A stretch of 26,145 nucleotides of DNA from a virus (taxonomy: Duplodnaviria; Caudoviricetes), in the IMG/VR virus record IMGVR_UViG_3300046049_000011, positions 1 to 26,145 of that record; one strand, given 5' to 3'. A program made the position numbers and the translations under genes. Under the pieces are notes generated by a model, which was given only the letters and a program-made list of their open reading frames with translations, did no database searches and was not told where the DNA came from. This document shows, piece by piece, positions 24,043 through 26,145 of the stretch; the first letter of the stretch is position 1; each line of letters begins with the position of its first letter.

Positions 24043-25131
24043 ATGACTCGTAATCCTGTCGGCGATCGCGAGGACTTTTCGGCGACGTACTGGAGTGCGA
24101 TCCTCAATGCACACGCGAAAGAGGCCGTCGTCTCGGGCTGTACGCCGTCAAAAGGCTCGGGCGATTGGGACGTCGACATCGCGAGCGGCGAGGTCGTCGT
24201 CGGGGGCACGCAGGTGTCGGTGAGCGCGGATACGGTGACCCTGTCACCAAGCGACAGCGACGATCGCGTCGATCTCGTCCACGTTGATAGTTCGGGGACA
24301 GTGAGCTCGACGGAAGGCACGGCCGCGACGAACCCGACGGCGCCAGACATTCCAAGCGGCGAGGTCCTCCTGGCGACCGTGCTCGTCGAGGGCGGCGCGT
24401 CGGATCTCTCGAGTGCGGGCTCGTCGATCAACGACTACCGGACGATCTACGTCGGCGGACGAGCAGCCATGACGATCTCGTCGGCCACAACCACCGCCGA
24501 CGAGGAGGTCATCGGCGTCGACTCATCTACGGGAGCAATCACCGTCACGCTCGCCTCGGCAGACGCTTATCTCGGCAAGGAGCTCGTCGTCTTTGACGCC
24601 GGCGACAACGCCTCGAGCAACACCATCACGATCGATACCGAGGGCTCGGAGACGATCGACCCCGGGGGCGCGTCGTCAAAAACCATCACTGTCGACGGCA
24701 CATTCGTTCGGCTCTACAGCGACGGTTCAAACTGGTTCGCCGAGGGGCGTGCGATCGACGCCGAGACGATAAGTACAGATACCCTAACAATCGAAGAACC
24801 AAGCGGGCCGACAGTTGTCGGGACATTTGGAGCGCAGGGGGAATTAATCGCGTCTGATGTCTTCACTTTGGCAGATGACGAGGTGATTGTGTTAGCAGAG
24901 GGGGCGAAATCAGCCAATCTGATCCTGATTAAAGACGAGAGTGGTAACGCAGAGGCGTTCATTCGGACTGTTGGCTCAGATATAACCGTGGAGTCGACCC
25001 AAGGGACAACTGATTTTGTCTCTGGAGATGTCGATGGGAAAAATTCAATCATTTACGACGCGGGGGACATTCGTCTTAAAAACCGGACTGGGTCCAGCAA
25101 CAACTATTCTGTGACGATACTCGCTAATTAG
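24043..25131 (+). CDS. Tail fibre/receptor-binding protein 2
   Basis: Same N-terminal anchor (SGC..SKG.GD.D.D..SG.V...RVDL...P.AP.IP..EVLL); middle domain ITVTL...NTITIDT.GSETID...LYSDGSNW; lower-GC tip. Confidence 0.8.
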   Translation: MTRNPVGDREDFSATYWSAILNAHAKEAVVSGCTPSKGSGDWDVDIASGEVVVGGTQVSVSADTVTLSPSDSDDRVDLVHVDSSGTVSSTEGTAATNPTAPDIPSGEVLLATVLVEGGASDLSSAGSSINDYRTIYVGGRAAMTISSATTTADEEVIGVDSSTGAITVTLASADAYLGKELVVFDAGDNASSNTITIDTEGSETIDPGGASSKTITVDGTFVRLYSDGSNWFAEGRAIDAETISTDTLTIEEPSGPTVVGTFGAQGELIASDVFTLADDEVIVLAEGAKSANLILIKDESGNAEAFIRTVGSDITVESTQGTTDFVSGDVDGKNSIIYDAGDIRLKNRTGSSNNYSVTILAN

Positions 25132-25192
25132 TGAGAACGTGGTAACGGGTGTTACTCGGCAAGCAGGCGTGAAAAATAGAGCGGTGTGAAAC

Positions 25193-25936
25193 CTATCGCG
25201 AGTGAGTCGCGTTCAGCGCGCGGCGCGTTCGCGTCCCCGACCGGCGGACGTACCGATGGGCCGTCGAGAGATCAGCCCAGCCCAGGAGTGCTTGGAGGGC
25301 AAGCGCGTCGAGGCCGCGGCTGGCGTGATACGACGCGGCCGTTGCCCGGAGACAGTGCGGGTAGATCGCGTCGGCGTCAAGACCGTCGACACGCTCGGCG
25401 GCGCGATCGAGCCGACGGTGGACCGCTGAGTGCGAGCCCTGGTACTGGTCGAAGCGATCGAAATAGTGTTCCAGGGCGAGCTCGACGCGTGGGTCAAAGT
25501 CAAAGGGGATCTCGCGGGCGGCGGCCTCGGTCTTGGATTGCCAGCGCTGCTTGAGGGCGGTCTCGAGATCGAGGGCCTCGTCCTCGCCGGAATGGGCGAC
25601 CTGCTGTTTGGCGAGTTGGGTGCAGTGCCCACAGACCCCACCGTTGCGGCCGTTCGTGCAGGGGTCGTAGCGTGGAATCTCGAGCATCCGATCGCGCCAG
25701 TTGATCCAGCTCTCGTCGAGATGCGTAAGCTCGCCGACGCGGAGCCCGAGTCGCCCCGTCAGCAGGACGATCGTCCGCGTCTCCAACTGGTAGTAGTCAT
25801 CGTCAAGTCGGTAACAGGCCTCGAGGAGCCGCTGAAACTCCCGATCGTCCAGTGCGTCGTCCTTGCTGTGACGAGGAGACTGTCGGTTGGAGTGGCTGCC
25901 GATACGCCTATCCGTACCGCTGTGTGAGTTCGACAT
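25193..25936 (-). CDS. Short tyrosine recombinase/integrase (catalytic domain with Cys-rich insertion)
   Basis: GLRVGEL (R), SKT (K), HCLR, LGW and RY catalytic residues; C-x7-C-x2-C insertion. Start placed at ATG 25936 next to the structured leader. Confidence 0.9.
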   Translation of the reverse strand: MSNSHSGTDRRIGSHSNRQSPRHSKDDALDDREFQRLLEACYRLDDDYYQLETRTIVLLTGRLGLRVGELTHLDESWINWRDRMLEIPRYDPCTNGRNGGVCGHCTQLAKQQVAHSGEDEALDLETALKQRWQSKTEAAAREIPFDFDPRVELALEHYFDRFDQYQGSHSAVHRRLDRAAERVDGLDADAIYPHCLRATAASYHASRGLDALALQALLGWADLSTAHRYVRRSGTRTRRALNATHSR

Positions 25937-26002
25937 GCTTCTGGTCCACCAGAAGCGCGGTCCGCTGTCCAAGCAGCGGGCCTTTCGTGGCCGATGACCG
26001 CG
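25937..26002 (-). promoter_or_regulatory. Structured 5' leader of the recombinase gene
   Basis: Stems 25937-25944/25949-25956, 25963-25967/25974-25978 and 25956-25962/25996-26002. Confidence 0.65.
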
Positions 26003-26145
26003 TTCTGGATGAGTATTCTTGCACAATCCGACTAGTTAAAACCACTGATAATACTCGGGTTGGAGCCAGTGAGAAGCGACCGCCACTCACGTGCTGGCCC
26101 AAGACGGCCACGGTGACAGTGCCGTCAGCACGTGTGAGCCTCCAC

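Larger units (their letters stand above)
1..26145. mobile_element. Haloarchaeal siphovirus-like virus or provirus (boundaries not within window)
   Basis: Complete head-neck-tail gene order, repressor-like switch, recombinase, acidic proteins. Confidence 0.92.

Noticed and set aside
1-26145. Scarcity of CTAG; att sites; inteins
   Set aside because: CTAG avoidance is normal in haloarchaea; no terminal direct repeats or tRNA fragment seen; terL and portal show no intein motifs.

Overview
High-GC DNA with a strongly acidic proteome, typical of haloarchaea. It carries a nearly complete virion-morphogenesis module of a siphovirus-like tailed virus or provirus (Caudoviricetes). The left end (1-3550) holds a divergent switch (SWIM protein leftwards, winged-HTH repressor-like gene rightwards) and small Zn-finger/membrane ORFs. 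It is followed by terS, terL, a portal-MuF fusion, a probable head appendage, protease/scaffold, head decoration, major capsid, neck genes, tail tube, a tail chaperone with a -1 frameshift, tape measure, a duplicated Dit-like protein, a hub, two fibre genes sharing an anchor domain, and a convergent tyrosine recombinase. No sheath, replication genes, tRNA or att site were seen. The most notable non-coding signals are: (1) a bipartite promoter-like motif (nTTWTC-N9-CGTCWC) at fixed spacing before most structural genes, including one inside the protease gene; (2) a putative small RNA with a textbook kink-turn directly after terL; (3) a shared tRNA-like/double-hairpin leader on two leftward genes 25 kb apart. 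All product calls come from motif reading and synteny, not database searches.
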